A DNA stretch of 64,000 nt from a virus, in the IMG/VR virus record IMGVR_UViG_3300032770_000013, positions 31,989 through 95,988 of that record. One strand, given 5' to 3'. Under the pieces are notes generated by a model. The model searched no databases, was not told the origin of the DNA, and saw only the letters and a program-made list of their open reading frames with translations. Numbering within the stretch: the first letter of the stretch is position 1; each line of letters opens with the position of its first letter. Below, piece after piece: positions 7,637 through 18,404 of this stretch. The position numbers were made by a program, and so were the translations under genes.

Positions 7637-8740
7637 TTAATATCCAACTCGGCCAATTTTTCCTTCAGCCGTAGCCTTCACAAGCTCGGCCGCATAGGTG
7701 CCAAAGGCCCGCTTGCGGTGTGCTGCCTCATCCTCGCCCTGCTTGGCCGGATAGGAGAACAGCGCGACTTCCTGCTGCTGCGGATTAAGCTGAACCCGCT
7801 GGCGCTGGCTCTGGCCGGTAGACGCAGACGGCGCCTCGCGCGTAACCGGCGCCGATGGCACCGCACGTTGCTGGGTCTGCCGCTGGACTGGTTGCTTGGT
7901 GGCTTGCTGGTGCGCCTCCTCGCCTGCCGGCTTGACATCAGCCGCAGCCGATACCGGCGCACGCGCGCCAATGCTTTCCTCGATCACCCTGAAATAATCC
8001 GGGGTATCTGTCGCAAATCCCTGTTCGATCGCCGCATAATGACCTTTCATCATCGCGGCGTTCTTTTTCGCATCGCCGCCGACTTGCACCGGAACACATT
8101 CAGGATGAGCCCGCAGCCACGCCTGAGAGGCCGGCGTGTATCCAGACACGTATTGCTCAAACGGTGAAAGGCGCGTTTCGACCTGAGTAGTCGTGCGCGT
8201 AGCATCTGCGGCCTGCCGCGCCGCCTTGTTCTCCAAGGCAACTTTATCTGCCTCCAACCGGTCGATCGCCGCGGCAAGCTTGGCGGCTTTGATCTGCGCC
8301 TTGGCTTCCTTCGCAATCTCGCCGGCTTCCTTGGCGTGGATGACTTCGGCTTCCACCGCCTCTAGTTCGCGGGTAGCCGCTTCAAGCCGCGCCGTGACGC
8401 CGTTCAACTGGCTGCTGGCGGCTTCCTCGACGGCTTCCTGCGCCCGCTGCTCGCTTTGCTGGGCCCGCTGTGCCGCTTCATTAGCTCGCAACCGCTCGGC
8501 TTGGGCGGTCTGCTGGGCGGCAATGCGATCCTGCTTTTCCTTTTCCAGCGCCGCCTTCAACGCATCCGCCGCCTCGTCCGCGGCATTCTTTGCCGGCGGC
8601 GCTACTGGAGTCTTTGGCTCAGGCTCCGGTGTCTTGGCCTCAGTCACCTTCGCCGGCTCGACAACCAGATCGCCGTCGACCTCGACCTCGATAACCGTGT
8701 CGTCCTCAATCTCGACTTCGCGTGTGCCAGATTCGGCCAT
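7637..8740 (-). CDS. Capsid scaffolding-like coiled-coil protein
   Basis: Acidic N-terminus, Ala/Glu coiled coil, AWLRAHP...TPDYF...VQLNPQQQEVA. Confidence 0.6.
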   Translation of the reverse strand: MAESGTREVEIEDDTVIEVEVDGDLVVEPAKVTEAKTPEPEPKTPVAPPAKNAADEAADALKAALEKEKQDRIAAQQTAQAERLRANEAAQRAQQSEQRAQEAVEEAASSQLNGVTARLEAATRELEAVEAEVIHAKEAGEIAKEAKAQIKAAKLAAAIDRLEADKVALENKAARQAADATRTTTQVETRLSPFEQYVSGYTPASQAWLRAHPECVPVQVGGDAKKNAAMMKGHYAAIEQGFATDTPDYFRVIEESIGARAPVSAAADVKPAGEEAHQQATKQPVQRQTQQRAVPSAPVTREAPSASTGQSQRQRVQLNPQQQEVALFSYPAKQGEDEAAHRKRAFGTYAAELVKATAEGKIGRVGY

Positions 8741-8848
8741 GGCGCTATTTCCTTGCTAACATCATGATAATACACTAGATATAGCGAAGCCGCCAGACGT
8801 TCGAGCGCCCGACGGCTTCTCGCCAACACCAAACCCCAGGAGGTCTAG

Positions 8849-9562
8849 GTGGCTAATTCCCGTATATGCTCGGTTGAAGGTTGCGGCAAGCCGCACGAGG
8901 CACACGGCTATTGCCCGATGCACTACACCCGTTGGCGCAAGCACGGCGATCCACTTTACGAGGTGCCGCTTAAAAACTACGGGCCAATTTGTTCGGTTGA
9001 AGGATGTGAAAAGCCGTCCCGCGAACGAGGTTGGTGCAGCATGCACTATGCCAGATGGCTTACGCATGGCGACGTAAACTACGCAGGCAAGCCGCGTCCT
9101 AAAACCAAGTTGCAGAAGTTCATCGAAGAAGCCGTAGCATACAAAGGCGACGATTGCCTTTACTGGCCGTGGCCGACAAAGAGCCGACGCGGCTCGATCT
9201 TTGTTGACGGCCGACTGGTCAAGGCTCCGCGCTATGTGTGCACTTTGGTTCATGGCGAGCCACCAACGCCAGAATACGAAGCCGCCCATTCATGCGGCCA
9301 TGGCTGGGAAGTATGTCTCAATCCAAACCACTTGAGATGGGCAACACCGATTGAAAATGCGGCCGACAGATACCTCCATGGAACAGATGCAAGAGGGGAG
9401 AACAATCCCGGTGCCGTGTTAACAGAAACCAATGTGCGCGAAATCCGAAAGTTGCTTCGGCGTGGCATGAAACAAAAAGACATCGGAAAGATATTTGGTG
9501 TTTCCAGAGGTGCCATCTTGTCGATCAATCTGCGCAAGTCATGGGGGTGGCTAGAAGATTAG
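8849..9562 (+). CDS. HNH (Zn-binding) homing endonuclease with C-terminal HTH, antisense to the structural operon
   Basis: Two CSVEGC...CxMHYxRW repeats; AAHSCGHG...CLNPNHLRWAT..EN; QKDIGKIFGVSRGAI. Confidence 0.85.
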   Translation: MANSRICSVEGCGKPHEAHGYCPMHYTRWRKHGDPLYEVPLKNYGPICSVEGCEKPSRERGWCSMHYARWLTHGDVNYAGKPRPKTKLQKFIEEAVAYKGDDCLYWPWPTKSRRGSIFVDGRLVKAPRYVCTLVHGEPPTPEYEAAHSCGHGWEVCLNPNHLRWATPIENAADRYLHGTDARGENNPGAVLTETNVREIRKLLRRGMKQKDIGKIFGVSRGAILSINLRKSWGWLED

Positions 9563-9958
9563 GTCGGGAGCGGGAATCCTCATTGCGATGTCTTGATCTC
9601 TGACTATGCGGCAAAGTTGCCCGTTCACCACGATTTTTCTGCCGTCTACCGTATGAAGCGCAACCCAGTCTCCCGGCGAAACGGAATCGGGTCCGAAATC
9701 ATATTGATCGTCGGATTTGAAAGCCGAATGGCCCAGCATCAGGACGCAGGCCGCCTTGCCTTGGAACTCGTCTTCTTTGATCGTGACGTCGGCCAAATGA
9801 ATCCCAGATTTGGTAACTTTCGGCCGCTCATAGATGCCGACAAGGACGCGATTCCCAAACAATTCAAAGCCGGGCAAAACGCCTAGCTTCTTCATTCCGA
9901 TCTTGTCGTAAATGACCTTTCGCGGATCGTCCTTCGCCTGCATTTCCATATAAGGCAT
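9551..9958 (-). CDS. GroES-like co-chaperonin
   Basis: GNRVLV...TKSGIHL...VLMLG...PGDWV...RIVRDQDI (Cpn10 pattern); start refined to ATG 9958 after AAGGA. Confidence 0.75.
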   Translation of the reverse strand: MPYMEMQAKDDPRKVIYDKIGMKKLGVLPGFELFGNRVLVGIYERPKVTKSGIHLADVTIKEDEFQGKAACVLMLGHSAFKSDDQYDFGPDSVSPGDWVALHTVDGRKIVVNGQLCRIVRDQDIAMRIPAPDLIF

Positions 9959-9971
9959 TGTGGCGTGTTCC

Positions 9972-10457
9972 TTATTTCTTCGGTCCAAAGACCAATGTGA
10001 AAACGGCTGGCGGACCTTCGTATGCTTTCGTCTTGATGCCAGTAGCCGACGTCAGAGCAGCACAGAGAAATGCGCCGTCGCAGGATAATCCTGTACCAAT
10101 CGGAATGTCGCGGTAAAGGAAACAATGGCTGAGCAGGTGCGCTTTCCACCCCGCTTCATTTAGCGCATCGACAATGTCCTCAGCCAATGGTCGGCAATCG
10201 GCATTGTCGCATTCAACCTTCACTTCCTTGCTTGCCGTGACGCCTTTAAGCGTCGCCACAAACTTAGCATATTGGTTGTCGTTCAGTTCGTACCAATGCC
10301 ATTTCCTGTAGCGTTCAAGTTGGCGGTTATTGGATTGGATGGTCGTCATGTTCGACGGAAGATAATAAGCGCCGTTCTTGTCGCTGATCCAGTCATCGGC
10401 AAACGCCGAGCTAACGAGCACGGTGACGAGTAATGCTACGCCGAGAAACGCCCTCAT
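9972..10457 (-). CDS. Secreted hypothetical protein
   Basis: Signal peptide MRAFLGVALLVTVLVSSAFA. Confidence 0.6.
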   Translation of the reverse strand: MRAFLGVALLVTVLVSSAFADDWISDKNGAYYLPSNMTTIQSNNRQLERYRKWHWYELNDNQYAKFVATLKGVTASKEVKVECDNADCRPLAEDIVDALNEAGWKAHLLSHCFLYRDIPIGTGLSCDGAFLCAALTSATGIKTKAYEGPPAVFTLVFGPKK

Positions 10458-10461
10458 CCGG

Positions 10462-10686
10462 CTACCCTCTTTGATCTGAAATTGTCTCATAAAGCGTGCC
10501 GGCAATATCATCGCATTTCTGCATGATGACGTTGCAAGCCTCGATAAATCCTACCTGCCCGCGATAGGCCGGATAATCCTCAGCCGCACCTTGGGCAAGT
10601 GAAACCATCCGTTCATCAATCAACTCCAACAAAATCGGATAGAGTTGCCGATAGAACGGATCGTGGATATCTCGCGGACCAGCCAA
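10462..10686 (-). CDS. Small conserved portal-region protein
   Basis: LAQGAAEDYPAYRGQVGFI motif. Confidence 0.6.
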   Translation of the reverse strand: MAGPRDIHDPFYRQLYPILLELIDERMVSLAQGAAEDYPAYRGQVGFIEACNVIMQKCDDIAGTLYETISDQRG

Positions 10687-10688
10687 GA

Positions 10689-11567
10689 TTACACCGCTTG
10701 CGCTTTGCCGGCCCCTTTGGGCTTCTCGCCGATCTTCTCCAATCTGCCCTCACCCGAAACAGCGCCAGCAGTCATGTGATGCTTCTGGCTCGGCAAGCGA
10801 CCCTTCGGACCAGTGACGCCCTCGACATGGCCGCCCATGGCGCGACCTTCGATCGGCATCTTCTCGGCCTTGTTTGACCGGATCAAGCCTTCTTGCTTGA
10901 GCGTTTTCATAATCAACTGCTTGTCTTGGAGTTCGTCCGGGTGGTTGACCTTACCCCCATGCTTCCGCGGAGGCACGACCCCCGGAGGCACCGCACCGGG
11001 CGCCATCATCGGCCGAGCCATCGCGCCAGGAGGCATCCCAGCGGCCCCCGGAGGCATCATGGGAGGCGGTGGTCCACCAGCCGGTGGAACCATAGGTCCG
11101 CCCGGAGGAACGACAGGCGGCGGCCTCATGCCCATTGGACCGCCTCCGCCTTGGGGTGCAACGATCACATTTACATGCGTCGAGCCCTTATGCTTCGTCC
11201 GACCGCCGCGGGCACGGTTGGCCTGAGACTGATTGAGATTGGCTTCCTCGACCGGGGAATCCGCCGTTGTCGAGCCGCCGCTGTCCCGGTGATGAACCTT
11301 GCCGCCCCGGGCCCGCTTGACATGGCCGCCGCGCTTTAGGGTAGCCACCGGATTGGCTACCATCTGCTTGCGGCTGGCGCGATCGGCTCGAGAACGCGGG
11401 ACTGTGGCATCCGCGCCAAGCCCTACCGCCTGCTCCGGTCCCTCGCCGCCCTTCATCCGCTCGGATGGGGCGAGGATGTCATTGGCCGGGCTTCCGACAT
11501 ATCCGTCCGTCATCCTGCGCATTTTGGCGTTGTGTGACTCGGTCGATTCCTTCTTATGCGGGTGCAT
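10689..11567 (-). CDS. Basic, Pro/Gly-rich low-complexity phage protein
   Basis: Repeated KRGG/RARGG/KHGG motifs and a poly-Pro segment. Confidence 0.65.
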   Translation of the reverse strand: MHPHKKESTESHNAKMRRMTDGYVGSPANDILAPSERMKGGEGPEQAVGLGADATVPRSRADRASRKQMVANPVATLKRGGHVKRARGGKVHHRDSGGSTTADSPVEEANLNQSQANRARGGRTKHKGSTHVNVIVAPQGGGGPMGMRPPPVVPPGGPMVPPAGGPPPPMMPPGAAGMPPGAMARPMMAPGAVPPGVVPPRKHGGKVNHPDELQDKQLIMKTLKQEGLIRSNKAEKMPIEGRAMGGHVEGVTGPKGRLPSQKHHMTAGAVSGEGRLEKIGEKPKGAGKAQAV

Positions 11568-11978
11568 AGCCTCAGTTCCCTCTTCTTACGCCGTTTCGGG
11601 TCTAAGAGGGAATTGGATCAACTTATCGCCAATCCCCTGCATGAAATAAACGTCTGATGCCACAACGGGGCCGCCATTTGGCGCGACCGCCGACAACGCA
11701 GCAAGTACAGATGCTTCAGCTTGCCGAAGATCGACCGGGAAAACCACACGTAAGCCGGAAGTATCCTTGGCCGTCATAGCGCATTCCATGAATGCTAAGA
11801 CAGCCTTGTCCAAGACAGCTCGATCAATCCGAAGCATGTCAGTCCTTTTCCTTTGGCTCTTTCGGTGGAGTTCCGTCGCTCTGCTTGTACGGTGTCGTGA
11901 CTTCCTTCTCGCCCTTCATGGCGCGGTCTAGCCATGCTGGCTTGTGCTTGTACTCGGCGTCTTTCTCGGGATAAGCCA

Positions 11979-12185
11979 TCAGGCCGCCTCCGCTTTTGGC
12001 TTGTCTTGCAGCGAATAACGGCAACTATCAGCGTCGAACATAATCGCCTTAGAGCCGCCGTTCTCACGATAGAAGGTGATAAGTTCGTCGATGTCGTTCC
12101 AGTGCAGCGCGCCAAGCGCGTTCCGCGAAAGCCAGCGGACCGCAAATTCATCCTCGAACATTTCCACCGCGACAGTCGCGCTCAT
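11979..12185 (-). CDS. Hypothetical protein
   Basis: SD GGAG, packed gene spacing. Confidence 0.5.
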   Translation of the reverse strand: MSATVAVEMFEDEFAVRWLSRNALGALHWNDIDELITFYRENGGSKAIMFDADSCRYSLQDKPKAEAA

Positions 12186-12228
12186 GTTACGCTCCTATAC
12201 CCGACTTTTCGGCCCTTGTCATGGTGGC

Positions 12229-14631
12229 TCATGGAGCCGCAGGCTCTACTGGTTGTGTCGCCAATTGATGCTGACGCTCCAAGGCATTCTGATTGGCCTC
12301 GTGCTGCCGATCCAGATGGCCTTGGATCATTTCGTGGGCCCGGGCAACACCAGCCTGCCTAGCCTCGTGAACCCTGCCAGCATGCGCCTCTGCGGCTTGC
12401 TGCGCGCCCTGATTCGCCTGCGCCCGGTTCGCCGCGGTCGCCAAAGCCAGTTTATGAATGCGCTCCGCCGCCCGATTCTGATTGCTGATACCCAACTCTT
12501 CCCGCGCAGCCTGCTGATCGGCATTGTGGATTACGAGCTCGCGCGCCACCCCAAGTGAGGCAATTTTTTCCTTGCTGGCAATGGTTTGCGTGTCCGTGGC
12601 GGATTTAAGCTGCGCCTCTTTCGCTCTCGTCTGACTATCCGCCAATCGGGCTTCGGCAGCCAACAGCGTAGCTTGGGCAGTTATTGCACTCGGATCTGGC
12701 TGCGCTGCACCGGGCGGCGGAGCGGGCTTAAAGAATCTCTGACTGTCATCCACGCCCATAACCTGAAAGGCCCAGTCGTCGACTTCGTTCAGGTCTAAAT
12801 TCGGATTGGTCATTGCCATCTGCCGCGCGGCCACGACCTTCAGATACCGCTCGGTCTGGCTCGAGGTGTTCGGATCGGCCGCCGGCACCAATTCACAATC
12901 GCTCAATGCCGCAAGGAATAGCTCCCGGTGCCGCTCTTCGGCTTCGTCCTCAGCGTCTACCACTGGCTGCTGTCCGGCTTCGGCAGTCAGTAGAGCCAAT
13001 ACTTTGCTTTTCTTGTTATGCCTCCAAAGGGCCTCTGGGTCTTCCTCCAAGAGGCTCTTGAGCATATCAAATTCAGCCCCTTGCGCCTGATGTAGTCGCT
13101 TATGAACAGCCGACATCAATTTCGTGGCCTGCTCAATCAGAGCAAGCGTAGTGCCCACCGGAGCATCTTGCCGACCCTCTCCGATCTGCAATTCCGCCGT
13201 TCCACCAACGCGCTGCGCTGTGGTGGCAATGTTCTCGATAAGCTGGATGAAAACCGCGCTCGGATCCTTGTACGGCAACGGCATTATCGCCTTGGAAATA
13301 TCGTTTCCGACCGTATCGATCGCCATGCCGCCGCCTGGCGGAATGCGGAACTGGTTGGTTAATTGCTTGGCGAGGGATTTGAGATAGAGAAATCCGGGGA
13401 AGTTGGCGAACATGCCGGCGTCGATCATCAGCCGCCATGCCGCCGTCACAGCCTTGGTGGCATTGCCGAGAACATTCAGCAGGCCGATGCCGTAGAACCC
13501 CAAGCCTGGAATGAAGATGTAGGCGATGATACGATTGACGGCGAGGCAGAACGCATCGTCCTCATCCCAATTGCGGCGGATTTCAAGAATTTTCCGGGCT
13601 TCCTTGTCGATCGTCACCTTGTACGGCAGCGGCAGTCCGGTTTCCTTGCTCTCCAGTTTATGCTCGAAGCCCGGCAGGTCGTACTCGCAATAACACTCGT
13701 AGAGCTCGCGGTCCTGATCGGCGGTGTCGAGATAGGTGGAAGGCGCTATGCCTTGCGTCTGGTCAATCTTGATATCGACCGCATCGCGCGGTGCCGGCGT
13801 TCCCGGAGCGGGCAAGCTGATATCGCGGTAAACGCCCAACAGTTGCATACGCCGCAACACGCTTGGCCGCATCATGACGCGGTGGGTGACTCGGCCAGCA
13901 CCGTCAATATCCGTCGCCGAGTTGCTGACGATTAAATCGTTCGCATCAATCGAGGCGATGACCGGACGTCGCTTGATCGGATCGTGACTGCCCTTCTTGA
14001 AGGAAATCCCGGAGAACCCGAGCATCAGCAGCATTCTATCCGTGTCGGGATAGTATTCTTTCGCTACCTTGGTCAGGTAATGGTTCAAATCCTTTTCGAG
14101 CGCTTGGGCCAGCCGTGCCGATAGCGAGTTCTCCTCGCCATCATTGCGGACCTTGACCGGCCCATCGGACGGCAAAAGCTCGCCGCGGGCATTCGCCTGA
14201 AAGCGCAGGACGGCCTCGAGCAGGAGCGGATGGTCGACGGTGGATACGCCTTCGGCCGGCGTGGCTCCCGAGGCCGCGGCGCCGCGGGGATTCTTGACTT
14301 GGAGGCCGAGCAACGAAATGCCGTTGCTCATATTCTCCAGCCATTCCTGGCGGCTTTGCAGATCTTGCTCGATGCCGAATAGTAGCTTCTCAGCCATGAG
14401 GCTGAGTTCGGCTTCGCTTAGTTCTTCCGCTAGATTGGCCTTAAAGCCCTTGTCTTCTTTGCTTTCTTGCGGAGGCGGACCCCAAGTAATCTCGACATTG
14501 CCGTCAGGAAGCGGGACTTGTACGGTATTGGTCCCGATATCGTAATCAACTGCGTCCGGGTCATCGCTGGAGAGGGCGACAACCACGTCCGACATGGGCA
14601 TAGAGCGATCTAATTGGTAAACATTGCTCAT
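12229..14631 (-). CDS. Portal protein (P22-like)
   Basis: 800 aa; FKANLAE, HPLLLEAVLRFQA, PYKVTID, FIPGLGFYGIGL, APVGTTLALIEQ, long helical C-terminus. Confidence 0.85.
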   Translation of the reverse strand: MSNVYQLDRSMPMSDVVVALSSDDPDAVDYDIGTNTVQVPLPDGNVEITWGPPPQESKEDKGFKANLAEELSEAELSLMAEKLLFGIEQDLQSRQEWLENMSNGISLLGLQVKNPRGAAASGATPAEGVSTVDHPLLLEAVLRFQANARGELLPSDGPVKVRNDGEENSLSARLAQALEKDLNHYLTKVAKEYYPDTDRMLLMLGFSGISFKKGSHDPIKRRPVIASIDANDLIVSNSATDIDGAGRVTHRVMMRPSVLRRMQLLGVYRDISLPAPGTPAPRDAVDIKIDQTQGIAPSTYLDTADQDRELYECYCEYDLPGFEHKLESKETGLPLPYKVTIDKEARKILEIRRNWDEDDAFCLAVNRIIAYIFIPGLGFYGIGLLNVLGNATKAVTAAWRLMIDAGMFANFPGFLYLKSLAKQLTNQFRIPPGGGMAIDTVGNDISKAIMPLPYKDPSAVFIQLIENIATTAQRVGGTAELQIGEGRQDAPVGTTLALIEQATKLMSAVHKRLHQAQGAEFDMLKSLLEEDPEALWRHNKKSKVLALLTAEAGQQPVVDAEDEAEERHRELFLAALSDCELVPAADPNTSSQTERYLKVVAARQMAMTNPNLDLNEVDDWAFQVMGVDDSQRFFKPAPPPGAAQPDPSAITAQATLLAAEARLADSQTRAKEAQLKSATDTQTIASKEKIASLGVARELVIHNADQQAAREELGISNQNRAAERIHKLALATAANRAQANQGAQQAAEAHAGRVHEARQAGVARAHEMIQGHLDRQHEANQNALERQHQLATQPVEPAAP

Positions 14632-15170
14632 TGCGTGGCTGCGCCGTTACTAAAGACCGAAAATTCCTTAGCGTAACGAAGCGAAGCTTGCCTGTAGGCT
14701 AAAGCTGCATCATCAATATTATTGAATAGTCCCAAACTGATCCTTCTTCCAAAGTAAATACTTGCTCTCCATTTTTTTGTTTTTGGATGCCAATCAACTC
14801 CAGTAAATCCACTCGTGTTGTTTTTCTTCTTCTTAACGTTGTGGTTTTGTTGCGATCTGGTCGCCAGCCGAAGATTGGCAATTCGATTGTCGGCTGTATC
14901 TCGATTGACGTGGTCTAGCTCTGATTCTGGCAAAACCCCATAAACATAGAGCCACGCTAGGCGATGCGCTAAATATCTTTTCCCATCAAGCTGAATATAC
15001 CAATAGCCATTTGGCTTTAGATCACCAGCTACCTTCCCGGCAAACCTTTTGTTCCAAGTCTTATCGAATCTATTGGTCTCTACGCGATGCAGCCAAGTAA
15101 ATATGCCGGTCTCTGGCTCGTAATTTAGTCGGACCTTTAAAGTCGGCGCCTCGGTCAAGTAATCGAACAT
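14628..15170 (-). CDS. HNH-AP2 homing endonuclease (paralog of 3588-4091)
   Basis: LAHRLAW...LDHVNRDTADNRIANLR...NTSGFTGV; AT-rich. Confidence 0.9.
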   Translation of the reverse strand: MFDYLTEAPTLKVRLNYEPETGIFTWLHRVETNRFDKTWNKRFAGKVAGDLKPNGYWYIQLDGKRYLAHRLAWLYVYGVLPESELDHVNRDTADNRIANLRLATRSQQNHNVKKKKNNTSGFTGVDWHPKTKKWRASIYFGRRISLGLFNNIDDAALAYRQASLRYAKEFSVFSNGAATQ

Positions 15171-15229
15171 TTAATATACCTTTGTATGGCCGCGAAGCTC
15201 ATTCAGTCCCGCGCGAATCAGGCGCTATC

Positions 15230-15622
15230 TTACTGCTTTTGACTGGCTTCCGGTCCATTAGGCTCTATCCGTGGGCCGCGGCGGGACAAACCCAGGCGTT
15301 TAATAGTCTCATCAAGCTTGGTGTCGGCATTGCCGTCAACGCGGACTGACTTTGCTATGCTAAAAAGCATCTCCTTGTCATAGCACGCCGCCATCAGCGC
15401 GTGCCATTGAGCCAAGCATTTCAGCAAGAAAGGAAAGGCGTGCTTGACCTGATTGATATGAAGATTGTCGGCCACTGAGTTGTATGTAACGGCAAAGCCA
15501 AGGACTTCATTGCCAATTACGATACTCGTAGCATCGCTATCTTTGCGAACGAAAAAACCTTCTGGCAGCGGCGGCAACGCGGCCTTGATTTCTTCAACTG
15601 CCTTGTCGAGAAGCGACGTCAT
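15230..15622 (-). CDS. Hypothetical protein
   Basis: ATGA overlap with the upstream ORF. Confidence 0.55.
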   Translation of the reverse strand: MTSLLDKAVEEIKAALPPLPEGFFVRKDSDATSIVIGNEVLGFAVTYNSVADNLHINQVKHAFPFLLKCLAQWHALMAACYDKEMLFSIAKSVRVDGNADTKLDETIKRLGLSRRGPRIEPNGPEASQKQ

Positions 15623-15900
15623 GGCCGCGCCCGCACGATGCTCGACATGGGCTTCGGGTTCACGATCTCGCCCAGCAGCCTAGCCTGTAGCATCCCGGCG
15701 CCGACGTACAGATCACCATGAAGCATTCCCACATAAGCATTCGCCACTCCGCGCTGCTGGCTTATTGCCACGATGCCACAGGCGGCGAGATTGCCGGCCT
15801 TGGCCTGCGCGAGAAATTCTTCCAGCATCTGAACGATGGGATTCTTTAGCTGCGGGATTGGGGGTAGATCGTTGGCCGCTGGTTCGCCGTTCATGCTCAT
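15619..15900 (-). CDS. Hypothetical protein
   Basis: ATGA overlap, SD GAGGA. Confidence 0.55.
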   Translation of the reverse strand: MSMNGEPAANDLPPIPQLKNPIVQMLEEFLAQAKAGNLAACGIVAISQQRGVANAYVGMLHGDLYVGAGMLQARLLGEIVNPKPMSSIVRARP

Positions 15901-16435
15901 TGCTCTTCCTCTCTCACCCCAACCGGCCGCTCACTCTCCGGCACAAAGTCGGCCCGGATGGCAGACCGCGGAAACACACTCACTACACCGGGAACCTTGA
16001 CGGCTTCCTGTTCCGCCTCGGCGGCGGAATAGGCTTGGGTCTCGACCCAGTCTTCAATAACCTTTTTTACCCGGACGCGCCAGATGTTAGGGCGTGGCAT
16101 TCAAATATCGTCCCTGCATTCCTGCTCGCAGTCCGCGCAACAAGTGCAAAACTCTGCATTATCGTCGTCGTTGATCTCCCGCTGATACGGGCATGAATGC
16201 GGCGGCAACGCATCGTTCGGCGCTTGCTCGCGGCCAAAGCGTCGACAGCGTTCACACTTTGGCATTTGGGTCACGGTCATCAGTCGTCAATCGATGCAAA
16301 AAACCTATTGCATCTCGATTAGCACCCGGACGAAGCCTAGCGGTTAATGGTTCATCGTAAGTCGGGCGCACGATGGGTAAGCGTTTACATTCGTCCTGCC
16401 GGACAGGACGGCCGCTAGGATGTTTTGGCGGCGTA

Positions 16436-17662
16436 TTAATCTTTGTCGACATAATAAGATTTTACCTCATTAGACCCAGAATGACACGCGGCATCAATCT
16501 CGCCCTTCAGCCCCATCCGCAGTTTGTTCAGCCGCATCGCCTTAACGTGCTGGTCCGATGCTATCTCATTGTGCCGTCCGCCGGTAGCCTTTGGCACCAT
16601 ATCCTCAAGCACGTCAAACGTCTCGGCGTGAATGTCCACCAGCGAACTCAGTAGCTTTGATAAGCCTGGCTGACGAAGCAGAAACCGTCCCGCTTCCGCA
16701 TGACGCTGGTATTCCCGCTCGATCAATGCCCGCTTTTCCGGGCCAAACCGCATCCGCTTCACGATCAATACCGCAAACCGGTCAAGGAAATCACCCGGCG
16801 TCAACGGCATCTTCACCGAGCAAATCGGCGAGGGATCATGCAGACGAAGCCGCCGCGCATTGGCCCCGTCTAGGATAAGCCCAATCAGCTCATCATGGTT
16901 GAGGTCCGTGATCTTATATTCCTCGACGTCGAAATCAAACCCGGCAAACTTCGCCACCGAGGCATAGGGGAAAGTATCCTTTGCCCAATAGGCCGGCGCT
17001 CGGCCGCCATCTATATCCGGTGTTGCCAAGGTCTTGCGACACGGCCATTGGCCGGTGACGAATACCGACATCAACCCGCATTGCGGCCCGATCACCCATT
17101 CGGTCGCGCACGCCTTCGCCAATAAATCATGCAGCCCAAGCTTCTTGTCGTTCACCCATACTTTGCGCCCGGCCGCATAAAGCGCAGCTACCAGCCGCGG
17201 ATAGAAGCTCGGTTGCGTGTTCGGCCATGTTGTCGCTTCCACGATCATCACCGTATTCGGCTCAAACGGCGGCGCATTCGGTAATCGCGGAAGACTTAAC
17301 GGCGCTTGCGGATCCAGCCCGAGCACCATGCGGAACATATCGGCGTGGGTTACGTCATGCTGTGTGGGAAGATGATCGAGCTTGATCCTGTTCCGGACCA
17401 TACACGGATGCGCGTAGAACGGCTGGCCGTTGCCGATGATGTTCTCGTATGATCGCTGAAAAGCCTGGTTTGCCTCCGTGCCGAATGTGGCAATGTCATC
17501 GACGCGGTATCGGACGCCCTTGAACAGATCGACCAAACCGACATGGCCGCTTTTAATAACCAGTTCAACGTTGTCTGTCCGATGCTGGCGGCAGAAACTC
17601 TCATAGAGCGAAGCGACCAAGTAGACATCGCCCAAGCCTCCGAGAACTACGATGGTCTGCAT
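16436..17662 (-). CDS. Glycosyltransferase-like (GT9/GT-B-like) protein with an extra C-terminal helical domain
   Basis: GGLGDVYLV start, VIGPQCGLMSV; paralog of 22990-23823; C-terminal TPGDFLDRFAVL...EVKSY. Confidence 0.5.
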   Translation of the reverse strand: MQTIVVLGGLGDVYLVASLYESFCRQHRTDNVELVIKSGHVGLVDLFKGVRYRVDDIATFGTEANQAFQRSYENIIGNGQPFYAHPCMVRNRIKLDHLPTQHDVTHADMFRMVLGLDPQAPLSLPRLPNAPPFEPNTVMIVEATTWPNTQPSFYPRLVAALYAAGRKVWVNDKKLGLHDLLAKACATEWVIGPQCGLMSVFVTGQWPCRKTLATPDIDGGRAPAYWAKDTFPYASVAKFAGFDFDVEEYKITDLNHDELIGLILDGANARRLRLHDPSPICSVKMPLTPGDFLDRFAVLIVKRMRFGPEKRALIEREYQRHAEAGRFLLRQPGLSKLLSSLVDIHAETFDVLEDMVPKATGGRHNEIASDQHVKAMRLNKLRMGLKGEIDAACHSGSNEVKSYYVDKD

Positions 17663-17882
17663 CTGATTTATGGCGCGTAAGTTATTTCCGGAATCTTACC
17701 TCCGACTACGCGCTTGCAATGATCGCACATCAGATAAATGTCATCCATGTGGGTGACGCCTCCGCAACTTGGACAACGCGGTAAGTGCATGTCGCTGAAC
17801 TCGCAAACGCCATCTACGTGCCATGTCTTACACTTACACTCTTCGCAATGAAGAATCATGTCTGCAATCATCTGGCTAGCGT

Positions 17883-17910
17883 CTCGCGTTTATGAGTTCT
17901 CAATGCGTGC
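17883..17910. repeat. Intergenic quasi-palindromic site A
   Basis: Minus strand GCACGCATTGAG-AA-CTCATAAACGCGAG, directly after a stop codon. Confidence 0.6.
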
Positions 17911-18396
17911 TCACTCGGCGGCTTCTGGATAGCCAATTGTGGTGCAGGTTGATCGCTCCACAAATCGCAGTGCGATGCAGAGTTCGGTCGTGTTCGTGAC
18001 AAAGCCTGAGCCAAGTAGATACATCAATTCCGGCTCAAACTGATCTTCGTTCAACATGAACACCACGTCCTTGCCTTGGCCGCAGGCGTAGCCAGCTTCC
18101 AAATGGGCGGAACGCCCACACGGCAGAACAAGCACGCAGGTATCGCACCAGTTAAGCGCGTCCTTGTCGAGCTTGAACCCGGACGCCGCAATAGGATGGC
18201 GCTCGATCTCGACGACGTATTTTTGTAGGGACCAGTCCTTCCATTCGCGATCTATGGCAGACCAGTGGAAGCCCTCGTTGCCATCGGCCGGATGCCGAAA
18301 GTCATAGACTTCGTGACCTTCAGCACGCAACGCCTCGACGACTTTCGGCTGTAGTTTGTTACGCCAAGACGATGCCACATAGATTTTGCGTTTCAT
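17911..18396 (-). CDS. Nucleoside 2-deoxyribosyltransferase-like protein
   Basis: KIYVASSWRN...DALNWCDTCVLVLPCGRSAHLEAGY. Confidence 0.7.
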   Translation of the reverse strand: MKRKIYVASSWRNKLQPKVVEALRAEGHEVYDFRHPADGNEGFHWSAIDREWKDWSLQKYVVEIERHPIAASGFKLDKDALNWCDTCVLVLPCGRSAHLEAGYACGQGKDVVFMLNEDQFEPELMYLLGSGFVTNTTELCIALRFVERSTCTTIGYPEAAE

Positions 18397-18404
18397 TTTT
18401 CAGA

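Noticed and set aside
7184-8759. Long plus-strand ORFs (7184-8167, 8193-8759)
   Set aside because: Antisense shadows of GC-rich structural genes.
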